Assembly: GCA_002269645.1 (NCBI GenBank)
Contig: NIVC01000143.1
Coordinates: 62,001 to 126,000 of the forward strand
Length of the DNA: 64,000 bases
Direction: 5' to 3'
Origin: Macrostomum lignano
Lineage: Eukaryota
The notes beneath the pieces were generated by a model. It was not told the DNA's origin and searched no databases. It saw only the letters and a program-made list of their open reading frames with translations. Positions 23,908 through 35,750 of the stretch are shown here, piece after piece. A program made the translations under genes and the position numbers. Position 1 is the first letter of the stretch; each line of letters starts with the position of its first letter.

Positions 23908-26900
23908 TTAATGCAGCTGCCGAACTTCATCTCGATCATCGTATCGTTCAGTGTCCATGCGGTCCATGTCACTCTCGTCCCATTCCTGCAGTTGTCTGCA
24001 ATTAGTTTTTTAATCAACTCGTAGTTAATGCTTACACAAGCATGTTGAAACATGTTGAAACACAACCTAAAGTGACACTTGGAGGCCTAAAAGAAACGCT
24101 CCGACTCTCACCTTTCCTTGTCTTCTTGGGTGAGCTCTCTGCCAACCAGATCCGCGACAGCCGGCTGATTCATCTCGTCGGCGTTGGATTCTGAAGATTG
24201 ATTGTTTACAAAGTAACAAATTGTGTGTGTTGAGATGCCTTGTCATAGTTTGAGCTCTCAATGCACCCGCAACACCCCTGATTCGAATCTGTGCGTGGCC
24301 ACAATCATTTCAAGACTGTCGTGCGATTCACAGCCACGAGGGCCAACCCCCATGGCAAAGAGACTGTACATGCAATTCGATCAGAAAATCAGTGCCACTG
24401 TACACCCTGTAAGAGCGTGTGCATGAGTGCTGTGTCTGCGTACAGTATTGGCGCGCTTGTATGTGCTGAGGAGTCAGCGGAATGGGCAGAATAAATCACC
24501 TTCCGGCTCCTCTCGAGTGGCCAACTCAATCGCCAGTCGACTCAGATGCTCGACATCATCTTGAAGGTAGTCGGCGGTCACGTCCAACTCCATGGAGGCG
24601 ACTCGATCGCCGTTGGACACTCGGGAAGCCGCCGCAGCCGAAGCTCGCAGACGCTGCCGCTCTGTCCGAGCGCTGACCGGCCGGCTGAGCGGCATCGCTG
24701 CAAGCACGCGCGCCTCCGTCTCGATCTCGACATCCTCCAGCTGCATCCGGCCGCTGTCCGGTCTCTGTCCGCTGGAGGCTGACATTAGCAACCGGTCGGC
24801 TTCAGCTCGAGTCCTTAGCAACTGTTCCGCGTCGAGACCGGCGCTTCGCAGGCTTGCATCGGGACGCCAGGATTGACGGCCGCTCAGGGCGTAGAAACGG
24901 TTGCTAAGGGCGCTAGATGGTCTCGAGGAGGCCGCCGAGGAGGGCCGACTGTCGCCGGAGCTCCAGGGGGCGACGTTGCCCTGACGACGAGTTGCATTGG
25001 TCGAAGAGGTCGCGTTCGCCGATTTGTCCTCAACGCCCATCATCAAGAAGCTGCGCTCCTGCTGACTCGATGAGGATTCCATCGTTGACATCATCGACTG
25101 GCGCGCCAGAAGTGCAGACAAGCCACCCGTGGCCGCTGCCGTCAGCTTGTGCTGCTGCTGCTTGCGCGGCGTCGCCGATGACCTCCCTGAACCTGCCGGA
25201 GTCTTCGGCCGTTGCCACTCGAGACCGAACTGCTGCCGCCGTCGCTGCTGCTGCCGCTGACTGCGGGCCGTACCCGGACGAGAACCAGATTCAGAGGGGG
25301 TTGGTGGCGCCCGAGGAGTTTCCTCTTCGTCGTCAGGCGGTGGCGCAGCTTCGTCAGCGTTGTCCGATTGCGCCGGAAACATATCGTCGATTTTGGTTCG
25401 ATTCGTCTGCGAAAAGGCGACGCATCTTCTATATAAGTACTCGAAACGGTTGCACAGGAAGGAATTTTTGTTTGGAGGGGTCTCTTGTTGGTCGCCCCTG
25501 TCTCTTGTTGGGCGCCCCGGTTTTACATGAGAATAAATTATATAATTCTTTAATAACTGCTCACGGGTTGATAATGATATTTCTTTTGGAGTCTTTGGTT
25601 TTAAATTCTTGATTTAAAAATGAAAAAATTCCCCCTGTATCTTGTTGGGCGCCCCTGTCTCTTGTTGGTCGCCCCTGTCTCTTGTTGGTCGCCCCTGTCT
25701 CTTTTTGTCACCCCTGTCTCTTGGTGGGAACCCACACTCCAGTCTTCTAGGCTGTTGGACAGCCTGTCCAAGATATGGCAAAAGTTGAGCTCACGTCATT
25801 CATTGAGCTGGTTATCACTAATTCATTTAGTTTTTGGATGAGCGCAATTTTTGTGGGGGGGGGGGGTGAAGCAAAAGTTGTCAATCTAAATTGTGTCAAA
25901 AGCTAGAATCGAGACTAAGCGCTTGCTTTCACTTTGTGACATTTTAAGCGTACCAAGTTAGTAAACTGAATAATAAAAATGGATCAAAACTTTGCACTCA
26001 CCCTGGCAGGCAGTCGCTTCAAGTCGTTTCCCGAGCTCCGCGGCGTCTCCGCCAGCTCCTTCTGCTGGCGTTGCATGCTGCGGATTTCTTCAAACGTGTC
26101 GTTAGCGCCGCTAGCGCCGCCTTGGTAGCTGGGCATCTTGCCAACATCAGCGCGACGATGCTTCTGTAACAGCAGCTGCTCGGCGTAGCTCAACGACGAG
26201 GTGAACTTGATCTCCAGTCTAGACGACAATCGGGCGCCGTTGTCGTCTTCCGTCGCAGTCCCGTGGCTGGACGTCTGCTGCCTCGGCTGCTGCCGCTGCT
26301 GCTGGCCCGCTGGCTTCTTCCTAGCAGCTGCCGGCTCTGCCGTTGGCTTCTGCGATTCGCCGCCTCCACCGGATCGCCACTCGGCCAGGGCGCGTCGGAA
26401 TTCCTCGGCGTTCTGCCGCTCGTCGACCTCGCCAGTGAGCAGGGCTCCGCCGCCATTAGATGCCATCGCCTCTGAGGTGGACGAACTCGACTCGCCTTCG
26501 TCTCCGTGGAGCAGCTGGCGAACCATGTTGCGCCGGGTTTGACGGCTGGTGTCTTCGAAGACCCCATCACCGCCGCCCCCGCCTCCGCTGTTCGATGAAG
26601 CAGCTGCTGCTGGCGCTCCAGTGGAAAGATTCTGGCCGAGCGACTGACGCGGGGTGTTCACCTGAGGCCATGCAAACAGAATTTATGTAATTTCGTTTTA
26701 TTAAATAAAAAATCCTAGGTATGCATAAGCATTATCGACTGTAATGTGTGTTTGATTGCATCGTGGTGCCCCTTGTACCATAGCCACAAAAATACGTTGT
26801 TTGATTGCAGTATTTTAACTTGTTTTCCAAGGGAGCATTGACCCAACTTGACCCTGCCCAATTGACAGTTAATCAGCTACCGCGTTGGCCCCAGCAACTC

Positions 26901-28057
26901 ACAGCCGATAGAGGCAAAGAGCGATGCTTTCTCAACGCTCCTTTCAGGTGGAAGGCGGCGAAACACCTGGTGCAGTACTCCTCAGCGCACTCCGGGCACA
27001 GCACCGCTGCTGTTCGGTCCTCGCACTGGCCGCAACGAGGCGCTCCGCCGCCTGCTGCGCTAACACCTCCGCCACCTCCGCCGCCTCGAGTGCGGCCTCC
27101 AGTAGGCTTTCTAACGTTCGAGTCCTCGTTAGCGACAGCCGCACCTCTGCTGGCCAGGTGTGCCAGGGTGCCCGGGATCGCGGCAGCAGCTGCGGTCCTG
27201 TCCGGCAGGTTGATTGGCTCGTCTTTGATCAGCTTCACTTTCCGCACTGAAGATGCAGCGGCTTTTGTAGAGCCGGCGGGCTGTTGCAGGATTTGAGTAG
27301 GGAGGTGGGTTGACTGTGTTTTTCATCCTTGCTTGCAGTAGTCATTGATATTCGTGTTTTTTCTCTAGACCATAGATCAACTTGTCTTTTAGCCACTTCT
27401 ATCACTGTTTGTCACATTAGCTATCACTGTCTGTCACATTGGCTATCAGTCTGTCACATTGGCTATCACTGTCTGTCACATTGGCTATCACTGTCTGTCA
27501 CATTGGCTATCACTGTCTGTAACATTGGCCATCACTGCCTGTCACTTTGGCTATCACTGTCTGTCACATCGGTTCTCACCGGTGGACCACTGCTGGGCGG
27601 CGCCGGTTTTTTAGCGCCAGCGCTGACTGACTTGTAGTTAGTTAGCGCGCCAGCCTGACCACGCGACCAGAAGCCAGGGTTGCCACTGACTCTGCAGTTT
27701 GGTGACAATGGTGGTGGTGGTTTTGGGGTTGAGCGCATTGAGTACAGATAGAATTTGCGTACAAGCGCACGATTTTAAATTAAATATTTTGATCAACTCA
27801 CGCCCTCTGCTGTCGCTCATTCTCCATTGCCAGTTTAAGCTCTTGGAGGCGAACTTCCATCTTTTTTGTTTCCTCTTCCATCTGCTTTGTGGACTGTGTT
27901 AGTCTGATGCAGGAGTGCCCTAGATGATTAAAAGATAAAGTTTTGTTAAAAAATACTGCAAAAATGAAAAAAGTGTATTATCAAAAACAAGAATATTGAA
28001 TAAAAAATTTTTATGTGTTACTCACTGCTTTGTTGTCTTATTGTGAAAGTTAATCAT
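23908..28057 (-). CDS. ZBBX: Zinc finger B-box domain-containing protein (ZBBX-like), 8 predicted exons, ~785 aa; start codon tentative
   Basis: Exons 28057-28026, 27903-27802, 27691-27580, 27280-26903, 26661-26002, 25406-24500, 24190-24112 and 23995-23908, all GT-AG and in phase. Contains an N-terminal coiled coil (MEEETKKMEVRLQELK), a B-box CGQCEDRTAAVLCPECAEEYCTRCFAAFHLKGALRKH, and the conserved LEIKFTSSLSYAEQLLLQKHRR block, all recognised as ZBBX-like. An additional upstream exon is possible (acceptor near 28073). Confidence 0.85.
24338..24496 (+). mobile_element. Diverged SINE remnant inside a ZBBX intron, same family as 34822-35190
   Basis: Shares ordered blocks with the reverse complement of 34822-35190: gag(g/a)gccaacccc, tgtacatgc, ctgtacac, cgcgcttgtatg, ggagtc(a/g)gcggaatgggcag. 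Confidence 0.65.
25480..25720. repeat. 20-bp tandem repeat (gcccctgtctcttgttggtc) split by an AT-rich insertion
   Basis: Two units lie left of and three to four right of the ~25520-25630 insert. Confidence 0.8.
25523..25588 (+). pseudogene. cox1: Micro-NUMT: mitochondrial cox1 fragment
   Basis: Translates as LHEN(K/N)LYNSLITAHGLIMIF, matching the conserved COX1 helix II heme-ligand region (YN-x-x-ITAH-x-x-IMIF). AT-rich and embedded in nuclear repeat DNA. Confidence 0.8.
27410..27570. repeat. 22-bp minisatellite (ggctatcactgtctgtcacatt) in a ZBBX intron
   Basis: About seven tandem units, read directly. Confidence 0.9.
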
Positions 28058-28393
28058 AGTGACTGATGATGACTGAAATTAGAAGCGAAAATCGAACTGT
28101 CTATCACACTGGCTATCATTTTCTGTCAATTATAAATAATTTATCAGATTCATTTTTTAAAAATTGGATACAGCTTTTTGAAAATAAGATCAAAGCAAGT
28201 CTTTTGCATCCAAAAATTAAAATAAGAGGTACATACTTAATACCAATTTAGCAAATAATGTCAAACATATATAGAAAGAATACTAAAATAATGTTATATC
28301 AAGCCATATACATAGATTAAATCTTCATTTGCTCTACAGATGATTAAAAAGCTACACTAATGTATAAATTTTATTTGTGATGTTAGCTAGTCG

Positions 28394-28557
28394 CAGGGGC
28401 GTCCCCCATGACCCCCCCCCAGCCGGCTGATCCAGGCCAAATTTTCAGACCCCCCCCCGTCGCAGAGGCCTAGCACCTCCTGCCCCCCGTTGCCGCTGTG
28501 AGCCTGTGACTGACTGTGACCCAACCCCCCCAGAAGGAAGTCCTGGCTACGCCACTG
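28394..28557. mobile_element. hAT-type MITE, 164 bp, 8-bp TSD
   Basis: Ends CAGGGGCGT... and ...ACGCCACTG (8/9 inverted match). Flanked by GCTAGTCG at 28386-28393 and 28558-28565. Confidence 0.8.
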
Positions 28558-31500
28558 GCTAGTCGAGTACATCTAAAGAATATATTCCAGTATTCAATCT
28601 TCCAAAAAAGTTTAGTAAAATTATCTAGTTCATCTATATACTTTCCTTTTTTGAACACTCATTCAACGCGATTAAAGCAACCACATTATTTTTAAAAAAC
28701 TGAAATTAATTTTGAATAATTTCTTAAAAGCATATGCGAATGCAGATTTTTATACTCGTAGGTAATTGTTTCGCAAATGAAAGCCATGTTTATACTAAAA
28801 AAATCTAAAATTATTCTACGCTAAGCTTTTCTTTAGTCTTCTTTAGGATGTATGAGTTAAAAAACCTACGTATTTTTTAACAAGGCGATTGTAAAAATCC
28901 TGTTGTTTTTATTATAAGATCTCCGTCATGGTCAAATTAGAAAGTTTTAACTAGACTCTAGAGAGACAAATTAGACAAAGACAAACCGACATCTGATTGC
29001 GAAAAAAAAATTCTGCATATTTCAGTCAATCTCAAATCTGCAAGAATTCACTTAATGCTGTAAATACAGAGCGGATTTATTTATTTTGAACCTAAAGCTA
29101 AGCCAATCAATCCTTACTAGTACTACTACTACATCGTAAATGTGTCTCCTTCTTCAAGTCAAATTAAAGGAATGACTCTGACAACTTTAAAGTATATCAT
29201 TAGACAACAATCTATTGTAATAATAAGCTTTTATAAAAATAAACAGAGAGCTCGTGTAATGCACTTGTAGAAACATAATTCTTCTTGACATACAATTTTG
29301 TTTTAAACTAATCAACTTTAAACAGCTGATGAATGTTTTTAAATTATTTTTTTCAAAACAATGTCCGAATTTTCTCGCGGTCTAGCCTCGCTCCCGCGGC
29401 TCTTGATGACATCAAATCAGAAATCACAAATGTCCTGGTCTGTTGGATTGTTCCTTCGTTTTTTTGACTGACTTGATCTTTTTCAATTTTGGTCACTCCA
29501 TTTTTAACGATTTTCGCAGTGGAGTCGCCAATTGCAGGACCAGAATCAATTTTCGGATTTTTTCGTATTTTGGATTCTATTTGTAGGATTTTTCTTTTTC
29601 TATAGGCCTAACCTAACAAACTTACTTTGACTGTTGTGTTGCAAATGTAATTTACAAGCAATGCATCTACCATCATTAGGCCTGATATACTAGAACTAGG
29701 CCCTATAGGCCTACTCTATCTATGGTCTATAGCGATAGCACTAGGCCCTAACACAAAAGGCATCTGACTGGGGACTGGAAAACATGTAGGAAAGTTTAGA
29801 CCTAGCATGATAATGATTAAAGACCTTATGGTTATGGTATACCATAGGCCTATAAATGTATTCCTTTGCTTGGTCAATTTTAAAATATGTGATAGGCCTA
29901 TATCAAATAGCTATTGGCATTGAATTGCATTGGCATCTGCCATTTAGAAGTTAGCAACTTTTCTAATTGGGAAAATAGTCAGGCTAGGGTAGCGTAGGCC
30001 TAATATTAAATATTTTAGTTTTAATTTTGGCAGTTGTTATTTGTCTAGACGAATAGCATTTTTACTATTTGTCTGGTTAAATTGCTAACTGTTTAAATTG
30101 CTATTTGTTTTGTGATGAATATTCTAGATTTTTAAGACATTTTCACATATACTGATTCATATTTTGTTGCATACTGGTGTATGTATAAGAAAACAGTGTA
30201 CTCAATTTGGCATAATTTGGTATATAAAACATACACTAGGCCCCTAGTACAACAACATAATAATCAAGATACGAGTAAGAAGTTTTTGAATTCTAGGAAT
30301 ATTCATCCCTGTAGTTTCTATAAAATAGATATTTTAGCATTATCAATTTAACCAGTCAAATAATAAAAAGCCTATTTGTCTGGTATTACCCAGATGAACA
30401 AGTAAGCATGTTCATTATCCAATAACCGGACAAATAACAACTGCCTTTAATTTTTAGTATATAGGATAAGATAGGCCTACTATATCATATCTAGCTATTT
30501 AAAGTTAAATTTAATTTTTTGGTCAATAATTTCTTTTATATTTGATATTCTAGTCTAGGCCTATATAAGATTTTAATAGACCTAAGTAGATAGGAAATAT
30601 ATAATCCCAAGTTTTGCTAATCTTAGGATTCTTGGGATAAAAATATCTAGATTTAAAAAATTCTGGGATTCTTAGGATTAACTTAAGATAGGCCTATCTT
30701 GAACTTTGCCAATCCCAGGATCCTAACAAAGTAGGCTAAGATCCTAGGATTGCATGATTTACAAAAATTCTAATCATTGTTATTGCAATTTTAGCCTATA
30801 AAGCTATCTAATTTGATTTTAAAAGGCTAGAGCTCTTAATAATAAAGTAGAATAGAGTAAAATATTTTGCAAACAAGAAACTGATAGTGAGCTTTAAATG
30901 TTAGTATGACACTAGTTAATTAAAGCTGGCTGCTAGCATCTAGAATAATTTTATTGCTCCCCCTTTTAGTGGGGCCCAGTGAGTTTTCTTATCAGTTGGC
31001 TCTGGCGCAATCATTAAAATTGGCGGTGAAAAAGATTCTAGTTGATAAAATTTGCATTGAAAAAGCCCATTTCAAACAGTTTTTCGAATATTTAATCCCT
31101 TTAGCATTGAAGCAGATACAAGAAATTTTAACCATACAATCCTAGGCTGATTACAAATCTTTTGGCAAAAACGCAATCAAAATTGGAGAAGAATTGCAAT
31201 CTCTAGAGCATTATGGACAAGCATAAAAACAAATATTAGAGATTTAGTATAAGACAAGCATACAAACCTTAGAGATTTAGTATATTTAGATTAGAAGATT
31301 AGAAGAAGATAGATAGAAGAATAGAATATAGGCTGATATCAAAGACTTAGACCTCATCTTCCTAGGGGTTTTTTTAGATAGAGAACTGATAGGCCCTAGC
31401 TTGAGTTGTGGTCTAATAGCAATAGCAAGGTCCCATTATTCTAATCCCAACCTTGGCCAAGGACTTTTGAAGGTAAAGGTCTGCTTAAAATAGTTCTATT

Positions 31501-32867
31501 ACCACTCCTACACTGTATGCAAAGGCAGCTAGGCATCTAAAGGGTGTCTCAATAGTGCTAAGAATAAGGTCTTTTGCATAGGAGGCTTCTAATCTATGCA
31601 AGGTCTAGTACCTTTGATTTTAGCTAGGTTTGAGATAAAAGGAGAGTTCTAATAAACAATGATTTGACTCCTATCTAGTAAGTGCCAGCGCTGCAATTAG
31701 AAACAATGAGGAATTTGCTTCTATTGCTGTAGGCTTTATGCACAGGTTTTTAAATTAATTACATTAGACTGCGAGTAGGCCTACCATATGGCATTTGCAT
31801 ACAGTTAGCATATATATTATTATACTTGCAATTTCCTTACAATCTGCTTATAGCTTCAATTTTGTATCCCTTCAGCCTTAACCTTCTTACTAGCCTGCAT
31901 GTTTCAAAAGCTATGATTTTCACTCTACAAATAGCTTAGCTATAGATATTACTATTTAAGTATAAATGATTGAATTATTGCAAACCAAGATTAGGATCCC
32001 AATGGTCAATCCTGGGATTTTTTAATCTTAGGCAAGTATGATCCTAGGATTAAAAAGCCTGAGATTCAGGTATAATCAAAGCCCTAGGATTTAGGCCTAA
32101 TCCTGAGATTACTAGATCCTAGGATCTTAGGATTGTATTCCCTTTTAGTAGACCTATAGACCTACTTAACTTGATTAAAAAATAATTGCTTAATTTTTTA
32201 GACATGATATATTGACCTTTTTACTTATAATTACAAAAACAAATAAAAATATATATTATATAATATTAATATATATGGTCTTTAAAAGCTTTGTGTTTGA
32301 CAATGACTTATAAAGTTGTTCTGTTGTCTTTGTCTATTATTATTTTGCTTAAAATGTATTTTAGGCTAGATAGTATTATTTTAATTTCACATTTATAATA
32401 CCAATATCAAAACATTTATTCTATTCTATTGACTATTTTACTTATTATAAACACTATATATGATTAATGTTAACTCTTTCTCACTTCATTTAAGTTAAAC
32501 ATGTATTAAAAACAACTTTGTTGTATCCTTTTTAAATATTTAATGACTTTCGTGACCTTATATCCTCATTAATATAATATATAAATAGTGCTAAGGGCCT
32601 TGATAAAAACATTGTAAAGTTTAAAGATTTAATCATCAATCTATACTAAGCTAACCAATTCATTTCAAATATTTTGGTCATTTTTAGGGCAACTTATAGA
32701 GATGTCCCCAATAGTCAGTAAAATTTGTATTAGAAATTTTTCTATAACGTATTTTAATGAATGTCTAGTAAAGAATCTGGCTTATTTTTAGAAGATGGCT
32801 TTTTGATGATTAATGTAAGCTGTTTTTATAATTTACTTTATAAATTTGTCTTCCATTTCAGATCTGA

Positions 32868-34525
32868 ATGAAAGGCAGTGGAAGTAACAAGCCTAAAGAT
32901 TTCCCAGTGTTTGTTTCAACACAAAAACTGGAGTTTATAGCAAAATTGGCTAATACACACAAACAAATCCTTACTATATACAATATCTATAACACTTCAA
33001 TTGCCTTTAGCATTTTATCAACTCATCCAAATCACTACATGGTGAGGGAAAGCAAAGGTGTGATACAGAAACAGTGTTGTGTTGATGTGTAAGTACCATT
33101 GTTATGCAGATAGTCTAAACATTAGCCCAATTCTTAGAAACCACTGTGTCTAAAATTCATCACATTTCTTAAAAAATCACCCTGTCTGAACATTAGCTTA
33201 TTTCCTAAAAAGCACTCTGTCTAAAATAGTTCATTTCTTAGAAACCACTCTGTCTAAAATAGTTCATTTCTTAGAAACCACTCGTCTAAATATTTCATTT
33301 CTTAGAAACCAGTCTCTCTAAGATAGTTCATTTCTTAGAAACCACTCTGTCTAAGATAGTTCATTTCTTAGAAACCACTCTGTCTAAAATAGCTCATTTC
33401 TTAGAAACCACTCTGTCTAAAATAGTTCATTTCTTAGAAAGCACTCTCTCTAAGATAGTTCATTTCTTAGAAACCACTCTAAGATAGTTCATTTCTTAGA
33501 AACCCCTCTCTCTGGGATAGTTCATTTCTTAGAAACCACTGTCTAAAATAGTTCATTTCTTAGAAAGCACTCTCTCTAAAATAGTTCATTTCTTAGAAAG
33601 CACTCTCTCTAAAATAGTTCATTTCTTAGAAACCCCTCTCTCTAGGATAGTTCATTTCTTAGAAACCACTCTGTCCAAAATAGTTCATTTCTTAGAAACC
33701 ACTTTGTCTAAAGTAGTTCATTTCTTAGAAAGCACTCTCTCTAAAATAGTTCATTTCTTAGAAAGCACTCTCTCTAAGATAGTTCACTTCTTAGAAACCC
33801 CTCTCTCTAGGATAGTTCATTTCTTAGAAACCACTCTGTCTAAAATAGTTCATTTCTTAGAAACCATTCTGTCTAAAAGTAGCCCTTTCTTAGAAACTAC
33901 TCCGTCTAAAATAGCTATTTTCTTAGAAATCAAGCCAGGCAACCCTAACCACCCCGCTCATAGGCTGATTCGAGCTCAGGACTTTCGCAGTCTAACCGAA
34001 GACTCGCCGGTAGCGAAACACCGGCTTCGCATTCAACTGCACAGCCAGTCTGGCAGCTCAGTAATTGGCTATCGAGATGTCGACTGCGTGCTCCGACTCG
34101 ACGAGCCGTTGAGCTCGGCTGCTCAAAGCGGCGCTGGTCAATTTGTCGAACCTGTCGGCGTGCCGTCGCCGCTGAGTTCTGCAACCGGCGGGTCGTCTTT
34201 GCCAACGCAGCGACGGTTCGACAATAATCCGACTTTGTCCACGGCGACGACCTTGATGCCGGGAGCGACGCAAGCGCCGCTACCGTTGGGGTTTACTCTG
34301 AGCCTAGCCGTTGTGTGTGTGAGCCTTCTGGCCATGCCGCTGTATCAAGGCATCAGTTCAGAAGAATCTGCCGCAAAGCTGCAAGAACACCAGCAGCAGC
34401 AGCAGTCGCAGTCGTACTGGCTGTGGACTGTGAACAGCCTGTCCAACTTGTCCGTGTCGCACCATGTCAAACTAGTAGCAGCCTATGTCTTGGGCCTGCT
34501 CACTGTGGCTCTGTTTAGATACTGA
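32868..34525 (+). CDS. MOSPD1: Motile sperm domain-containing protein 1/3-like, 2 coding exons, ~260 aa
   Basis: Exon 32868-33088 (FPVFVSTQKLEF...HKQILTIYNIY...QCCVD, MSP domain) splices in phase 2 to 33964-34525. The second exon ends with two TM helices and VKLVAAYVLGLLTVALFRY, closely resembling the MOSPD1 C-terminus. Confidence 0.88.
33131..33930. repeat. 33-bp minisatellite (taaaatagttcatttcttagaaaccactctgtc) filling the MOSPD1 intron
   Basis: More than 20 tandem units; accounts for the spurious N-terminus of track ORF 33704..34525. Confidence 0.93.
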
Positions 34526-34821
34526 AATCTCTTTTTTTCTGTTAATTGATTTAATTGCCAGTAGCCTTGTATATTTATTTGTGTTTGTGTGTGTAGTACA
34601 GGGCTCGGCAAAGGCTTTTTTTACCATACGGAGGGCCAGATAATAGATGAGACAATGGGGAAGATAGAAGTGGAGATGATAAGAGAAAGAGGAGATAAGC
34701 GGAGAGATTAGAGGATAGAGAAGAAGAGAGGAGATAAGCATAGATATGATAAAAGGGCAGAAAAGAGAGATGATTAGAGATAAGATAAGAGTCGATAGAT
34801 TATAAAAAAGGAGAGATGAGA

Positions 34822-35190
34822 TTTTTTTATTAGAGGCAGGGGGGTTGAGTGCACCCTGGCGCACTTTAAGCGACATAGGCACACAACCGGCGAGAGGCAT
34901 TACTGCCCATTCCGCCGACTCCCCTGAGCAGGCATACAAGCGCGAGGATACGTACGCAGGCACACACTCACACAGGAGTGTACAGCGGCCTTAACTTTAT
35001 TTATCGTTAGGCATGTACACTTCACTGCGCCTTGGGGGGGGGGGGTTGGCTCTCAAGGCCGTTAATTGCACGAGCAGAGCCAAGCCGAGATTCCAATTCA
35101 GCCCCAAATTAATGTGACTGCACTTGGAATCGAGCCTGGGTCGCTGGCACACCAGAGCCTGCGCTAGACCGCTGGGCTACGCCCCCCCCC
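34822..35190 (-). mobile_element. tRNA-derived SINE (~370 bp)
   Basis: The minus strand starts GGGGCGTAGCCCAGCGGTCTAGCG (A box) ... GGCTCGATTCC (B box) and ends AATAAAAAAA. Flanks gagagatgaga / gagagataaga resemble an ~11-bp TSD with one mismatch. Confidence 0.78.
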
Positions 35191-35750
35191 CCGAGAGATA
35201 AGATAAAATGGGAGAGATAAGATAAGAGAGAAGAAAAGAGAGGAGATGAGAGTACAGACAAACGAGCTGAGAAAAGACACAAACCTTAAACGAGCCGGTT
35301 TGCTATTGTGAAGTTTCAAAGGACCGGAGAGCCGGGTAGGGTAGAAAGGATTCTCTTTCTAAAAAGTCTTAATAAAAGCAATCGTTTTAATTTATGATTT
35401 ATTAAACAAAGTATTGATATTGCGCAATATTGGCCAGATTTAACATTTTTAACGCTCCATAAAAATGGTTTCCAATTACTCCTGACTGACTACTTTAAGC
35501 AGAGTAGTAGTAGTACTTTGTGCGCTTTCATCAATCGTGTGCTTTTTCTCATCACAGAATTTCGTACGAGTTATGCTTTTTTGCACCGCACTGTACTACT
35601 AGTCAGGGGTATTGTTTGCTTTTTGGCTTATTTTTTTGCGTTGCTATTAAATTTTAACAGCCTTTGAGTTTGTTTGTTTATCTGTCCTAAACAATCCGGA
35701 AAAATCCCGTAAAATCTGTTCTCAAATATACCAGTAGAGTCTAGGGATCA

